From positions 1 to 46,794 of the forward strand of contig DASSHR010000322.1 of NCBI GenBank assembly GCA_035692745.1: DNA of 46,794 nucleotides. The letters are read 5' to 3'. Positions within the stretch are counted from its first letter, which is position 1. Each line of letters begins with the position of its first letter. The stretch comes from Candidatus Limnocylindrales bacterium (GTDB lineage Bacteria; Chloroflexota; Limnocylindria; Limnocylindrales; CSP1-4). The notes below the pieces were generated by a model that made no database searches, was not told where the DNA came from, and saw only the letters and a list, made by a program, of their open reading frames with translations. Both the position numbers and the translations under genes were made by a program. Positions 1-9,199 of the stretch are shown in pieces.

Positions 1-1308
1 GGGTACCTGAGCCTCGACCGTTCGTCGGGCACCCTGTCGGGCGGCGAGGCGCAGCGCACGCGCATGGTCCGGCACGTGGGCTCTCCGCTGACCGACGTCA
101 CCTACGTGTTCGACGAGCCGACGATCGGGCTGCACGCGCACGACGTCGAGCGCATGAACGCCCTGCTGCGCCGGCTCCGCGACAAGGGCAACACCGTGCT
201 CGTCGTCGAGCACGATCCCGAGGTGATCCGCATCGCGGACCATGTCGTCGACATGGGCCCCGGCGCCGGTCCGCATGGTGGAACGGTCGTGTTCCAGGGG
301 GGGGTCGACGCACTCGTCGCGTCCGGGACCGCAACCGGGCGGCACCTCGACCAGCAGGTGACGCTCAAGGCGGAGCTGCGGAAGGCGTCGGGTGCGATCC
401 GGATCCGGAACGCCGCCCTGCACAACCTCCAGGACGTGTCGGTCGACGTGCCGCTCGGCGTGCTCGTGGCCGTCACGGGCGTCGCCGGCTCCGGCAAGAG
501 CTCACTCATCCACGGCTGCATGCCGCGGGAGGATCCGTCGGTCACCGTGATCGACCAATCCGCAATCAAGGGCTCGCGGCGTTCCAGCCCGGCGACGTAC
601 ACCGGCATCCTCGATCCCATCCGGACCGCCTTCGCGAAGGCGAACGACGTGAAGCCCGCCCTCTTCAGCGCCAACTCCGAGGGCGCGTGCCCGGCGTGCA
701 ACGGCCTCGGCAAGATCTACACCAGCCTCGGGTTCATGGCCGAGGTTGCGAGCGTGTGCGAGGTCTGCGAGGGTCGGCGGTTCACCGAGGACGTGCTGCA
801 CCACCTGCTGCGAGGAAGAAACATCGTCGAGGTGCTCGCGATGTCCGTCGAGGAGGCGGCCGCGTTCTTCACCGAGAAGCCGGTCAAGGTGATGCTCGAC
901 CGGCTCGCCGACGTCGGGCTCGGCTACGTGTCGCTGGGTCAGGAGCTCGACACGCTGTCGGGCGGCGAGCGGCAGCGGCTCAAGCTCGCGATCGAGATGT
1001 CGACCGACACCGAGGTCTACGTCCTCGACGAGCCGACGACCGGGCTGCACATGCGGGACGTCGACAACCTCGTCGCGCTGCTGGAGCGCCTCGTCGACAG
1101 CGGCCGGACGGTCATCGTGATCGAGCACAACCTCGACGTCGTCGCGCGCGCCGACTGGGTCATCGACATGGGCCCGGGCGCCGGCCACGACGGTGGCCGG
1201 GTCGTGTTCGAGGGGCCGCCCGCCGCGCTCATCGAGGTCAAGGGATCGCTGACCGGCGAGCACCTGCGCCGCCGCCTCGAGCCGGCAGGAGCTGCCGCGC
1301 GCGCCTGA
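1..1308 (+). CDS. UvrA-like ABC ATPase (excinuclease ABC subunit A paralogue), C-terminal part; 5' end outside window
   Basis: The frame of ORF 64..1308 stays open back to nt 1 (GYLSLDRSSGTLSGGEAQRTRM...). It has ABC signature/Walker B pairs LSGGEAQR + VFDEPTIGLH and LSGGERQRLKLA + YVLDEPTTGLH, Walker A GVAGSGKSS, and the zinc finger CPACNGLG...CEVCEGRRF. This is the layout of the second half of UvrA-family proteins. Confidence 0.85.
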   Translation, partial: GYLSLDRSSGTLSGGEAQRTRMVRHVGSPLTDVTYVFDEPTIGLHAHDVERMNALLRRLRDKGNTVLVVEHDPEVIRIADHVVDMGPGAGPHGGTVVFQGGVDALVASGTATGRHLDQQVTLKAELRKASGAIRIRNAALHNLQDVSVDVPLGVLVAVTGVAGSGKSSLIHGCMPREDPSVTVIDQSAIKGSRRSSPATYTGILDPIRTAFAKANDVKPALFSANSEGACPACNGLGKIYTSLGFMAEVASVCEVCEGRRFTEDVLHHLLRGRNIVEVLAMSVEEAAAFFTEKPVKVMLDRLADVGLGYVSLGQELDTLSGGERQRLKLAIEMSTDTEVYVLDEPTTGLHMRDVDNLVALLERLVDSGRTVIVIEHNLDVVARADWVIDMGPGAGHDGGRVVFEGPPAALIEVKGSLTGEHLRRRLEPAGAAARA

Positions 1309-1319
1309 CCCGCCCTAGC

Positions 1320-2519
1320 ATGCTGGCGATGGACCTCCTGGCCCGTGCTCGCGACCTGCTGCCCGGCATCGTCGACGATCGGCGCCGCATCCACCGGCAC
1401 CCGGAGCTCGGGCTCGAGCTGCCGGAGACGCAGCGGCTCGTCGTCGATCGGCTGGTCGGGCTCGGCCTCGAGCCGCGGCTCGGCCGGGGCCTGTCGTCGG
1501 TCATCGCGCTGATCGGGGCGGACCGGCCGGGTCGGACGATCGTGCTGCGGGCCGACATGGACGGACTGCCGATGCCCGAGGACTCGGGCGTGGACTTCAC
1601 CTCCGAGGTGCCGGGGGCCATGCACGCCTGCGGCCACGACACGCACGTGGCGATGCTCCTGGGCGCGGCGCGCCTGCTCACCGAGGCGGCGGCGGCCGAT
1701 CCGGCCGTGCTGCCGGGCCCCGTGCTGCTCATGTTCCAGCCGGGCGAGGAGGGCTTCGCGGGCGCACGTTCGATGCTCGAGGAGGGCCTCCTCGACGGGC
1801 TCGATGCCGCCACGACGCGCGGCCTGGCCGTCCACATCTCCACCCGCTACCCGTCGGGCGAGCTGCATTCGCGGCCGGGCCCGATGCAGGCCTCCGCGGA
1901 CAACTTCTTCATCACCGTCCACGGCCGTGGCGGCCACGCCTCCACCCCGCATCTCGCTGCCGACCCGATCCCCGTCGCCGCCGAGATGATCCTGGCGATG
2001 CAGTCCGCGGTGACGCGCTCGGTCGACGTGTTCGATCCGGCGGTGCTCACGGTCGCGCACGTCGCGGCCGGGACGACGCACAACGTCATCCCGGATCGGG
2101 CGCACCTCGAGGGCACGTTCCGCTGCGTCTCGGTGGCCCGTCGAGCCGCGATGCCGGAGCTCATCCGGCGCGTGGCCGAGGGCGTCGCCGCGGCGCACGG
2201 CCTGGGCGTGCACGTCCGGTTCCAGGAGATCTACCCGGTCACGATGAACGATCCGGACATCTTCGAGCGGGTCCGAACCATCGCCATCGACCTGGTCGGC
2301 GAATCGGACGTGCACACGATGGCCGCGCCGATCATGCCGGCCGAGGACTGGTCGTTCGTGCTCCAGCAGATCCCGGGCGTGATGGTCGACCTCGGGGCGC
2401 GGCCGCGGGATCGCGAGCTCGAGGGCTATCCGCAGAACCACTCGAGCACGGTCGTCTTCGACGAGGGTGCGATGGCCGTGGGTGCCGCGCTGTACGCGAA
2501 GGCGGCGCTCGAGCTCTAG
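1320..2519 (+). CDS. M20-family amidohydrolase (N-acyl-L-amino-acid amidohydrolase / hippurate hydrolase-like)
   Basis: ORF 687..2519 trimmed to the in-frame ATG 1320 (MLAMDLLARARDLLPGIV...; alt ATG 1329). The upstream 211 codons are Arg/Ala-rich and overlap the UvrA-like gene. Family blocks: IHRHPELG, LRADMDGLPM, MHACGHDTH, QPGEEG, HGRGGHAS. Confidence 0.85.
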   Translation: MLAMDLLARARDLLPGIVDDRRRIHRHPELGLELPETQRLVVDRLVGLGLEPRLGRGLSSVIALIGADRPGRTIVLRADMDGLPMPEDSGVDFTSEVPGAMHACGHDTHVAMLLGAARLLTEAAAADPAVLPGPVLLMFQPGEEGFAGARSMLEEGLLDGLDAATTRGLAVHISTRYPSGELHSRPGPMQASADNFFITVHGRGGHASTPHLAADPIPVAAEMILAMQSAVTRSVDVFDPAVLTVAHVAAGTTHNVIPDRAHLEGTFRCVSVARRAAMPELIRRVAEGVAAAHGLGVHVRFQEIYPVTMNDPDIFERVRTIAIDLVGESDVHTMAAPIMPAEDWSFVLQQIPGVMVDLGARPRDRELEGYPQNHSSTVVFDEGAMAVGAALYAKAALEL

Positions 2520-3748
2520 GCCGCGTCCTGCCGGCGCTTCGTGAACCAGTACACGCCGCCGCCGACGACCGCACCGAGCACGAGGATCAGGACGATCAGC
2601 AGCGCCAGTGGGACGCCGCCGGTCGACGCGGCCTCGCCTCCCCTGACGTCCAGCCCGACGATCGTCGGTGCGGGGGTCGCGCCTGGGGCGAGTGTCGGCG
2701 GGGGCGGCGTGATGACGGTCCCATCGGACGCGATCACGTCCGTGGGCGGCGGCACGGTCGTCGGCGCCGGACCGCTCGTCGGCGCCGGACCGCCCGTCGG
2801 CGCCGGGCCGCCGGTGGGCAGCGGCGCGGTCGATGGGTGGGCCGTCGGCAGCGGGGGCGGCGTCAGCTGTGTCGGCAGCGGGGCCGGCGTGGGGCCGGGC
2901 GGCTGGCTGATCGGCGGCGCGAGCGGATCGAAGAAGGCGGTCGTGTCCATCGGAATGGCCGGCATGTCGAACGAGCAGACCGGGCTCGACGAGCCATCGC
3001 ACTCGCCGCCCTCCCAATGGCTGAAGGTGCCGTTGTCGAGGGGCTCGGCGGTGAGGACGATGGGCTCGAGCCACTCGTACGTGGCGTCGCAGAGCTCGCC
3101 GCACGCGATCCCGTCGGGCGAGCTGGTCACGACCCCGTGCCCGAGCCCGCCGAGGTGAACGCTCAGGTCCACGGGTCGGTTGATGTACGACAGCGTGAGG
3201 CTGACCCGATCCGTCCCCGAGATCGCGAAGTCCTGGTAGTCCGGATTCCGCGTGTTGCCGGAGTCGTCGGAAAGGCGGAAGCCGACCCAGTCATCGCCGT
3301 TCGTGACGCGCTCCTGCACGAACGCCTGGACATCCGGATGGACCACGCTCCCGGTGGGCGTCATGATCCGGACGAGCGACCCGGCACTGACGTCGCCGAG
3401 ATCGTCGCTGCCGTTCCCGGTGTACCCGAAGATGTCGACCGCGCAGTCGTTCGCGCCGCAGCCGGCGGTCTTCCGGATGTCGATCGTGGCGGAAAGGATC
3501 TTCGACGAGCTCAGCAGCGGGGAGACGTCGAACTCGAAGGCGCAGCGGTATTCCGTGGTGCCATCGAACCCGACACGGCAGCCGTCGCTGAACCCGAACC
3601 CCGATGCCGGTGGCGTGTGGCTGGCGCCGACGGTGATCGTGGTGGTGATGGTTCGCTCGTCTGCGGCGGCCGCGGGGGCCGGGCGCGACAGCCCGACGCC
3701 GCCCAGGAGGAGCGCCAGGAGCGCGAGCACGAGCCCTCGCCGATGCAT
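2516..3748 (-). CDS. Secreted, C-terminally membrane-anchored protein (Cys-rich beta domains + Pro/Thr linker)
   Basis: Signal peptide MHRRGLVLALLALLLGGVGLSRPAPAAAA. One module, GVVTSSPDGIACGELCDATYEW..VLTAEP..GTFSHWEGGECDG..CSF, resembles bacterial InlB-B-repeat-like domains. This is followed by a Pro/Thr-rich linker (GGPAPT repeats), then the TM helix LALLIVLILVLGAVVGGGVYWF and a basic tail KRRQDAA. Confidence 0.7.
   Translation of the reverse strand: MHRRGLVLALLALLLGGVGLSRPAPAAAADERTITTTITVGASHTPPASGFGFSDGCRVGFDGTTEYRCAFEFDVSPLLSSSKILSATIDIRKTAGCGANDCAVDIFGYTGNGSDDLGDVSAGSLVRIMTPTGSVVHPDVQAFVQERVTNGDDWVGFRLSDDSGNTRNPDYQDFAISGTDRVSLTLSYINRPVDLSVHLGGLGHGVVTSSPDGIACGELCDATYEWLEPIVLTAEPLDNGTFSHWEGGECDGSSSPVCSFDMPAIPMDTTAFFDPLAPPISQPPGPTPAPLPTQLTPPPLPTAHPSTAPLPTGGPAPTGGPAPTSGPAPTTVPPPTDVIASDGTVITPPPPTLAPGATPAPTIVGLDVRGGEAASTGGVPLALLIVLILVLGAVVGGGVYWFTKRRQDAA
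2760..2813 (-). repeat. In-frame 18-bp x3 tandem repeat inside the linker of the anchored protein
   Basis: Plus strand reads gtcggcgccggaccgctc / gtcggcgccggaccgccc / gtcggcgccgggccgccg. These encode the GGPAPT/GGPAPT/SGPAPT hexapeptides. Confidence 0.8.
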
Positions 3749-3781
3749 CGCGCCGAGGATACCTGCGGCCGGTGGCCCGAT

Positions 3782-4528
3782 TCAGGCGGCTGCGCGGTCT
3801 CCGGCGGTGCGCGCCGCGTCGGCGAGGATCTGGGCGAGCTCGCGCGGCTTCGACCACATGACCCAGTGGCTCGTCGGTAGGTCGACCCAGGTGATGTCGT
3901 GGACCTCGTTCAGTCCGGCGAGCCACGGCGGCCCGTCCTTCGCCCACTCCTGGTACGTCGCCGAGGAGACGCCCGTGGCGATGATGGTGCTGGGGATGTC
4001 GAGGCGCGCGTCGTTCGTGAGCGGCACGTCCGCGCGCAGGATGGCGCCAGGCTCGGGCACGGCGCGCTCGTAGAACGTCGCGAGCTGCGCGTCCGACAGG
4101 CCGTCGAGGTTCTCGTTCTGCCGGAGCTCCGCCAGCGGCGGGATCGGGTAGTCGCCCTCGAGGTCCGGATCCATCGCCCCGACGCCGGGCGCGGTGTCCA
4201 CGTAGACCATCCGCGCGATCAGCTCGGGAACGCGATCGCTCGCGTCGTAGCCGGAGAAGCCGGTCCCGCTGTGGACGGCGAGGACGACCTGGCGGCCGGT
4301 CCGATCGTGCACGGAGCGCACGGCATCGGCGATGGCGCGCACGTGATCCTCCATCGTGACCTGCGAGCGATCGGCGTCCTTCGATTCGAGGCCCGGGAGG
4401 GTCAGCGGTGTCACATCCAGGCCGTCGGCTCGGAGCAGCCCGGCAACCTCGTCCCAGGCCCACGCGCCGAGCCAGAAGCCGGGCACGAGGATGAGCGGGG
4501 CGGCGGAGGTGGCGGTCGATGTCGTCAT
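3782..4528 (-). CDS. Alpha/beta-fold hydrolase family protein
   Basis: ORF 3782..5491 trimmed to ATG 4528 (MTTSTATSAAPLILVPGFWLGAWAWD...). It has the PLILVPGF start strand and a VLAVHSGTG elbow-like segment. Its start overlaps the stop of the upstream epimerase gene (ATGA at 4525-4528). Confidence 0.75.
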   Translation of the reverse strand: MTTSTATSAAPLILVPGFWLGAWAWDEVAGLLRADGLDVTPLTLPGLESKDADRSQVTMEDHVRAIADAVRSVHDRTGRQVVLAVHSGTGFSGYDASDRVPELIARMVYVDTAPGVGAMDPDLEGDYPIPPLAELRQNENLDGLSDAQLATFYERAVPEPGAILRADVPLTNDARLDIPSTIIATGVSSATYQEWAKDGPPWLAGLNEVHDITWVDLPTSHWVMWSKPRELAQILADAARTAGDRAAA

Positions 4529-5415
4529 GGCCCGATTCTCGACGATCGACCGGATTTGGGCCTTGCCGGTCGGGTGGGCATCGCCCACGCAAGCTGCAGG
4601 CTGGCCGTCATGGTCTCGCCCGCCGCGAGAAACCGGACGCCGGCTGCGCGCGCATCCGGCTCGGGCAGCGCCAGGGCATTCGGCGGGGCCGTCAGCGGCT
4701 CGATGCACACCCCGCTCGCGGGCGTGTGCACCACCACGATGCTCGGGGCGGGCTCCCAGGCAAGGGTCAGCCGCAGGTCCGGCCACTGCAGCGTCGCGGG
4801 CGGCGCCGCCCCCACGTAGGCGTGATCCAGTCGGCGGCGCCCCAGCTGGCCGCCGGCTCGCAGATCGAGGTGACCGGTCACGGGCAGCTGCACCCCCGTG
4901 GGGATCAGGCGGTCCGTCTCGAGCCAGGCGTCCGCGTCGAGTCGAACGGCGACGGGCAGGCCGCGACGCGCGAACCAGGGATGCCAGCCCAGGGCAGCCG
5001 GCATCGCGTCGCCCGCGGTCAGCGTGGCGGTCATCCGAAGGCCGTGCGGCGTCAGCTCGAAGGCCTGGCGAACCACGCCGCCCATCGGCCAGTCGGGCGG
5101 CAGCGGGCAGGCAAGCGTGGCCCGTGCCCTCTCCGTCTCGACGACCTCCCACGGCCGATCCCAGACCAGCCCGTGGATCGCGTGCCGTCCGTGCGTCCGC
5201 GGCAGCTCGATCGTGCGCCCGTGCCACGTGAAGCGGCCGCCTTTTAGCCTGCCGGGCCAGGGCGCCATCAGGTAGCAGCCCCACGCGATCGGACGCGGGG
5301 CCGGTCCCCCGCCGGTGACGAGGAGCTCGCGGCCAGCGACCACCAGGGACGCCAACCGGCCGCCGGCGGCCGGATCGATCGTGGCGCGAGCGTCGGTCGT
5401 TTCCAGCACGAGCAT
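4525..5415 (-). CDS. Aldose 1-epimerase (galactose mutarotase-like) family protein
   Basis: Real part of ORF 4525..7260: MLVLETTDARATIDPAAGGRLASLVVAGRELL...HGLVWDRPW...GWHPWF. The start is set at ATG 5415. The alternative ATG 5460 would add 15 codons made of rare AT-rich codons (GAT TTG GAA GTT ACA) and leave only 21 bp to xylA. Confidence 0.7.
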   Translation of the reverse strand: MLVLETTDARATIDPAAGGRLASLVVAGRELLVTGGGPAPRPIAWGCYLMAPWPGRLKGGRFTWHGRTIELPRTHGRHAIHGLVWDRPWEVVETERARATLACPLPPDWPMGGVVRQAFELTPHGLRMTATLTAGDAMPAALGWHPWFARRGLPVAVRLDADAWLETDRLIPTGVQLPVTGHLDLRAGGQLGRRRLDHAYVGAAPPATLQWPDLRLTLAWEPAPSIVVVHTPASGVCIEPLTAPPNALALPEPDARAAGVRFLAAGETMTASLQLAWAMPTRPARPKSGRSSRIGP

Positions 5416-5432
5416 GTGGCCCGGAGGGTATG

Positions 5433-5441
5433 TGATAACTT
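5433..5441 (+). promoter_or_regulatory. Candidate extended -10 element (TGATAACTT) for xylA
   Basis: TGn-TANNNT lies in the only AT-rich stretch of the 66-bp divergent gap, about 40 nt upstream of ATG 5482. A similar TGATAGCCT is found upstream of the xylose binding-protein gene. Confidence 0.3.
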
Positions 5442-5481
5442 CGAACAAATCCTCCTCCATCCGTGCCCGAGAGGCCCCGCG

Positions 5482-6816
5482 ATGCGCACACCCTTCTTCA
5501 CGGACGTCCCCGACCGGATCCCGTTCGGCGGGTCCGACACGAACGATGACCTCGCCTTCACGGTCTACCAACCGGACCGCGTCGTGCTCGGCAAGCGCAT
5601 GGAGGACCACCTTCGGATCGGCGCGTGCCTGTGGCATTCCTTCGCGTGGCCCGGCGCCGACATGTTCGGTGCCGGCACGTTCGACCGGCCGTGGAACGCA
5701 TCCGGGCTCGATCCGCTCGTCGCGGCCGAGATGAAGCTCGACGCGGCCTTCGAGTTCCTCGGCAAGCTCGGCGTTCCGTACTTCTGCGTCCACGACCGCG
5801 ACATCGCACCGGAGGGCGCCGACGGACGCGAGACGCGGCGGATCTTCGATGCAGTCATGGACATGGTCGAGGCGCGCATGGCCGCCACCGGCGTGCGGCT
5901 GCTGTGGGGCACGGCAAACCTGTTCACCCACCCGCGGTACATGTCCGGCGCGGCCACGAACCCGAACCCCGAGGTGTTCGCGTACGCCGCGGCCCAGGTC
6001 AAGCTGATGCTCGAGACCACGCAGCGCCTCGGTGGCCAGAACTACGTGCTGTGGGGCGGTCGCGAGGGCTACGACACGCTGCTGAACACGGACCTCAGGC
6101 GCGAGGACGCGCAGCTGGCGAGGTTCCTGCACCTCGTCGCCGAGCACAAGCACAAGATCGGCTTCGACGGCCTGCTGCTGATCGAGCCGAAGCCGCACGA
6201 GCCGACCAAGCATCAGTACGACCACGACGCCGCCACGGTCCACGGCTTCCTCGTCCGCCACGGGCTGGAGGGCGAGTACAAGCTGAACCTCGAAGCGAAC
6301 CACGCCACGCTCTCGGGCAACAGCTTCCACCACGAGGTCGCGTACGCGGTCGCGCACGGGATGCTCGGTTCGATCGACGCGAACCGCGGCGACTACCAGA
6401 ACGGCTGGGACACGGACCAGTTCCCCAACTCGGTGGACGAGCTGAGCCTCGCCGTCTACGAGATCCTGCGTGGCGGCGGGTTCACGACCGGCGGCTTCAA
6501 CTTCGACGCGAAGCTGCGCCGCCAGAGCATCAGTCGCACGGACCTGTTCCACGCCCACATCGCCGGCATCGACACGCTGGCGCGGTCGCTGCTCGTCGCC
6601 GCCAACATGATCGAGCGCGAAACGCTCTCCAGGCCCCTGGCCGAACGCTACGCGGGCTGGGATGCGCCGCTCGGGCGATCCATCATGGACGGCACGACGT
6701 CGCTCGCGGACCTTGCGGCAACGGTGGAGGCAGACGATCTCGACCCGGCGCCCGTCTCGGGGGGCCAGGAGCGGCTCGAGGGCGCGGTGAACCGCCGCAT
6801 CTGGGGAGCCGGCTGA
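5482..6816 (+). CDS. xylA: Xylose isomerase, class II (long form)
   Basis: ORF 5416..6816 trimmed to ATG 5482 (MRTPFFTDVPDRIPFGG...). Blocks VLGKRMEDHLRIGACLWHSFAWPGADMFG, FCVHDRD, LLIEPKPHEPTKHQYD, NLEANHATL and DANRGD match E. coli/Bacillus-type XylA. GAGAGG lies a few nt upstream. Confidence 0.95.
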   Translation: MRTPFFTDVPDRIPFGGSDTNDDLAFTVYQPDRVVLGKRMEDHLRIGACLWHSFAWPGADMFGAGTFDRPWNASGLDPLVAAEMKLDAAFEFLGKLGVPYFCVHDRDIAPEGADGRETRRIFDAVMDMVEARMAATGVRLLWGTANLFTHPRYMSGAATNPNPEVFAYAAAQVKLMLETTQRLGGQNYVLWGGREGYDTLLNTDLRREDAQLARFLHLVAEHKHKIGFDGLLLIEPKPHEPTKHQYDHDAATVHGFLVRHGLEGEYKLNLEANHATLSGNSFHHEVAYAVAHGMLGSIDANRGDYQNGWDTDQFPNSVDELSLAVYEILRGGGFTTGGFNFDAKLRRQSISRTDLFHAHIAGIDTLARSLLVAANMIERETLSRPLAERYAGWDAPLGRSIMDGTTSLADLAATVEADDLDPAPVSGGQERLEGAVNRRIWGAG

Positions 6817-6859
6817 GCGAGCCGGGCGCGGGAACCGTCGCGAGAACCCTCGTGCGACG

Positions 6860-8344
6860 ATGAGCTTCGTCCTCGGCATCGACGTCTCGACGACGGCAAC
6901 GAAGGCCGTCCTCGTGGCCGAGGACGGCACGGTCGCCGGAATCGGGACGGCGGAGTACGGCTTCGACCAGCCGCGGCCACTGTGGGCGGAGCAGGATCCC
7001 GAGGCCTGGTGGACGGCTGCCATCGCGGCCATCGGGCAGGTGCTCGCCGCCACGCGCGTGGATCCCGGCGCCATTGCCGCGATCGGCTTGACCGGGCAGA
7101 TGCACGGGCTCGTGCTGCTCGACGCCGCGGATCGCGTGCTCCGACCCGCGATCCTGTGGAACGACCAGCGGACAGCCGCCGAATGCGACGAGATCCGCGC
7201 CGCGGTGGGGGCGCGGCGGCTCATCGAGCTCACGGGCAACGACGCCGTGACCGGGCTCACGGCGCCGAAGCTTGCCTGGGTGGCCCGCCACGAACCGGTG
7301 CTGTGGGCGCGCGCCGCGCACGTGCTCCTGCCGAAGGATTACCTGCGCCTCCGCCTGTCCGGCGAGCATGCCCTCGACAAGGCCGATGGCGCCGGCACCC
7401 TGCTCTTCGACCTGGCGGCGCGCGACTGGTCGCCGGAGGTCCTGGATGCGCTCCGCATCCCGCAGGCCTGGCTGCCGCGGACGTTCGAAGGCCCGGAGGT
7501 CACCGGCTCGGTGAGCGCGAGCGCCGCCGCGGCCACGGGCCTGCGGGCCGGCACGCCCATCGTCGCGGGCGGTGGCGACCAGTCGGCGAACGCCGTCGGC
7601 GTGGGCGTGCTCGCGCCGGGCGGCGCCGCGCTCTCGCTTGGAACCTCGGGCGTGGTCTTCGCCGCCACGGACGCTCCCCTCTTCGACCCGCAGGGCCGGG
7701 TCCACGCGTTCTGCCACGCCGTTCCCGATCGCTGGCACCTCATGTCGGTGATGCTCTCCGCCGGGGGCAGCCTGCGGTGGCTGCGCGACGTCGTCGCGCC
7801 GGGCGCCGACTTCGGGCCGCTCGTCGCGACCGCCGCCGACGTTCCTGCCGGGAGCCTCGGCCTCCTGTTCCTGCCGTATCTCTCCGGCGAGCGCAGCCCG
7901 TACCCCGACCCGACGGCACGCGGCGCCTTCGTCGGCCTCACGCTCGCCCACGATCGGCGGCACCTCGTCCGGGCGGTCCTCGAGGGCGTCGCCTTCGGGC
8001 TCCGCGACGGGCTCGACCTGATGCTCGCCGCGGGCATGCCCGCGCCGTCCTGGATCCGCGCCTCGGGTGGCGGCCTTTCAAGCCCGGTGTGGCGGCAGAT
8101 CCTGGCCGACGTGCTCGAGGTGGAGCTCGAGACCACGGAGACGACGGAGGGCGCGGCCTACGGCGCGGCCCTGCTCGCGACGCCTGCCGCCGGATGGTTC
8201 CCGAGCGTGGAGGCAGCCGCCGCGGCCCTCGTCGTGTCGACACCCGTCGCCTCGCCCGGGCCTGCCGCCCCGCGGTACCGCGATGCTCACGCGAGCTACC
8301 GCGCGCTCTATCCCGCCCTGCGGCCCTTCTTTCCGCCCGCCTGA
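6860..8344 (+). CDS. xylB: Xylulokinase (FGGY carbohydrate kinase)
   Basis: MSFVLGIDVSTTATKAVL, LTGQMHGLVLLD, GGGDQSANAVGVG, YLSGERSPY, GGGLSSPVWRQILADV. It lies directly downstream of xylA. Confidence 0.9.
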   Translation: MSFVLGIDVSTTATKAVLVAEDGTVAGIGTAEYGFDQPRPLWAEQDPEAWWTAAIAAIGQVLAATRVDPGAIAAIGLTGQMHGLVLLDAADRVLRPAILWNDQRTAAECDEIRAAVGARRLIELTGNDAVTGLTAPKLAWVARHEPVLWARAAHVLLPKDYLRLRLSGEHALDKADGAGTLLFDLAARDWSPEVLDALRIPQAWLPRTFEGPEVTGSVSASAAAATGLRAGTPIVAGGGDQSANAVGVGVLAPGGAALSLGTSGVVFAATDAPLFDPQGRVHAFCHAVPDRWHLMSVMLSAGGSLRWLRDVVAPGADFGPLVATAADVPAGSLGLLFLPYLSGERSPYPDPTARGAFVGLTLAHDRRHLVRAVLEGVAFGLRDGLDLMLAAGMPAPSWIRASGGGLSSPVWRQILADVLEVELETTETTEGAAYGAALLATPAAGWFPSVEAAAAALVVSTPVASPGPAAPRYRDAHASYRALYPALRPFFPPA

Positions 8345-8368
8345 CGGGTCATTCCGCCCGCCTGACGG

Positions 8369-8372
<4 letters not shown>
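8331..8372. repeat. 21-bp tandem duplication spanning the xylB stop codon
   Basis: ttccgcccgcctgacgg(gtca) at 8331-8351 is repeated as ttccgcccgcctgacgg(tca) at 8352-8371. The first copy holds the xylB TGA (8342-8344). The second copy ends in the stop of the convergent ATPase gene. Confidence 0.85.
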
Positions 8373-9196
<824 letters not shown>

Positions 9197-9199
9197 GGC

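Noticed and set aside
1017-3104. 695-aa minus-strand ORF, plus similar ORFs 8492..10660 (+), 14743..16593 (-), 38940..40115 (-), 41755..42930 (-) and 44276..45817 (-).
   Set aside because: All are mirror or alternative frames of genes with strong family signatures. They are R/P/G/A-rich and have no start-site context.
5416-5460. ATG 5460 (MEEDLFEVITYPPGH...) as the start of the aldose epimerase.
   Set aside because: The 15 extra codons use AT-rich codons that are rare elsewhere in the window (GAT, TTG, GAA, GTT, ACA). This start would also shrink the divergent promoter region to 21 bp. ATG 5415 gives a family-typical N-terminus. I keep 5460 as an alternative only.
5461-7260. Upstream 600 codons of ORF 4525..7260, and the N-terminal extensions of ORFs 687..2519, 3782..5491, 11900..13528, 12147..14006, 14068..16470, 15543..18176, 23763..25370, 25742..27403, 26487..30056, 29215..30903, 32879..34369, 34853..36598 and 35818..37785.
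   Set aside because: The extensions overlap neighbouring real genes, often on the opposite strand (for example xylA), and change abruptly to Arg/Pro-rich composition. Internal starts with family-typical N-termini, RBS motifs or 4-nt stop/start overlaps give gene lengths normal for each family.
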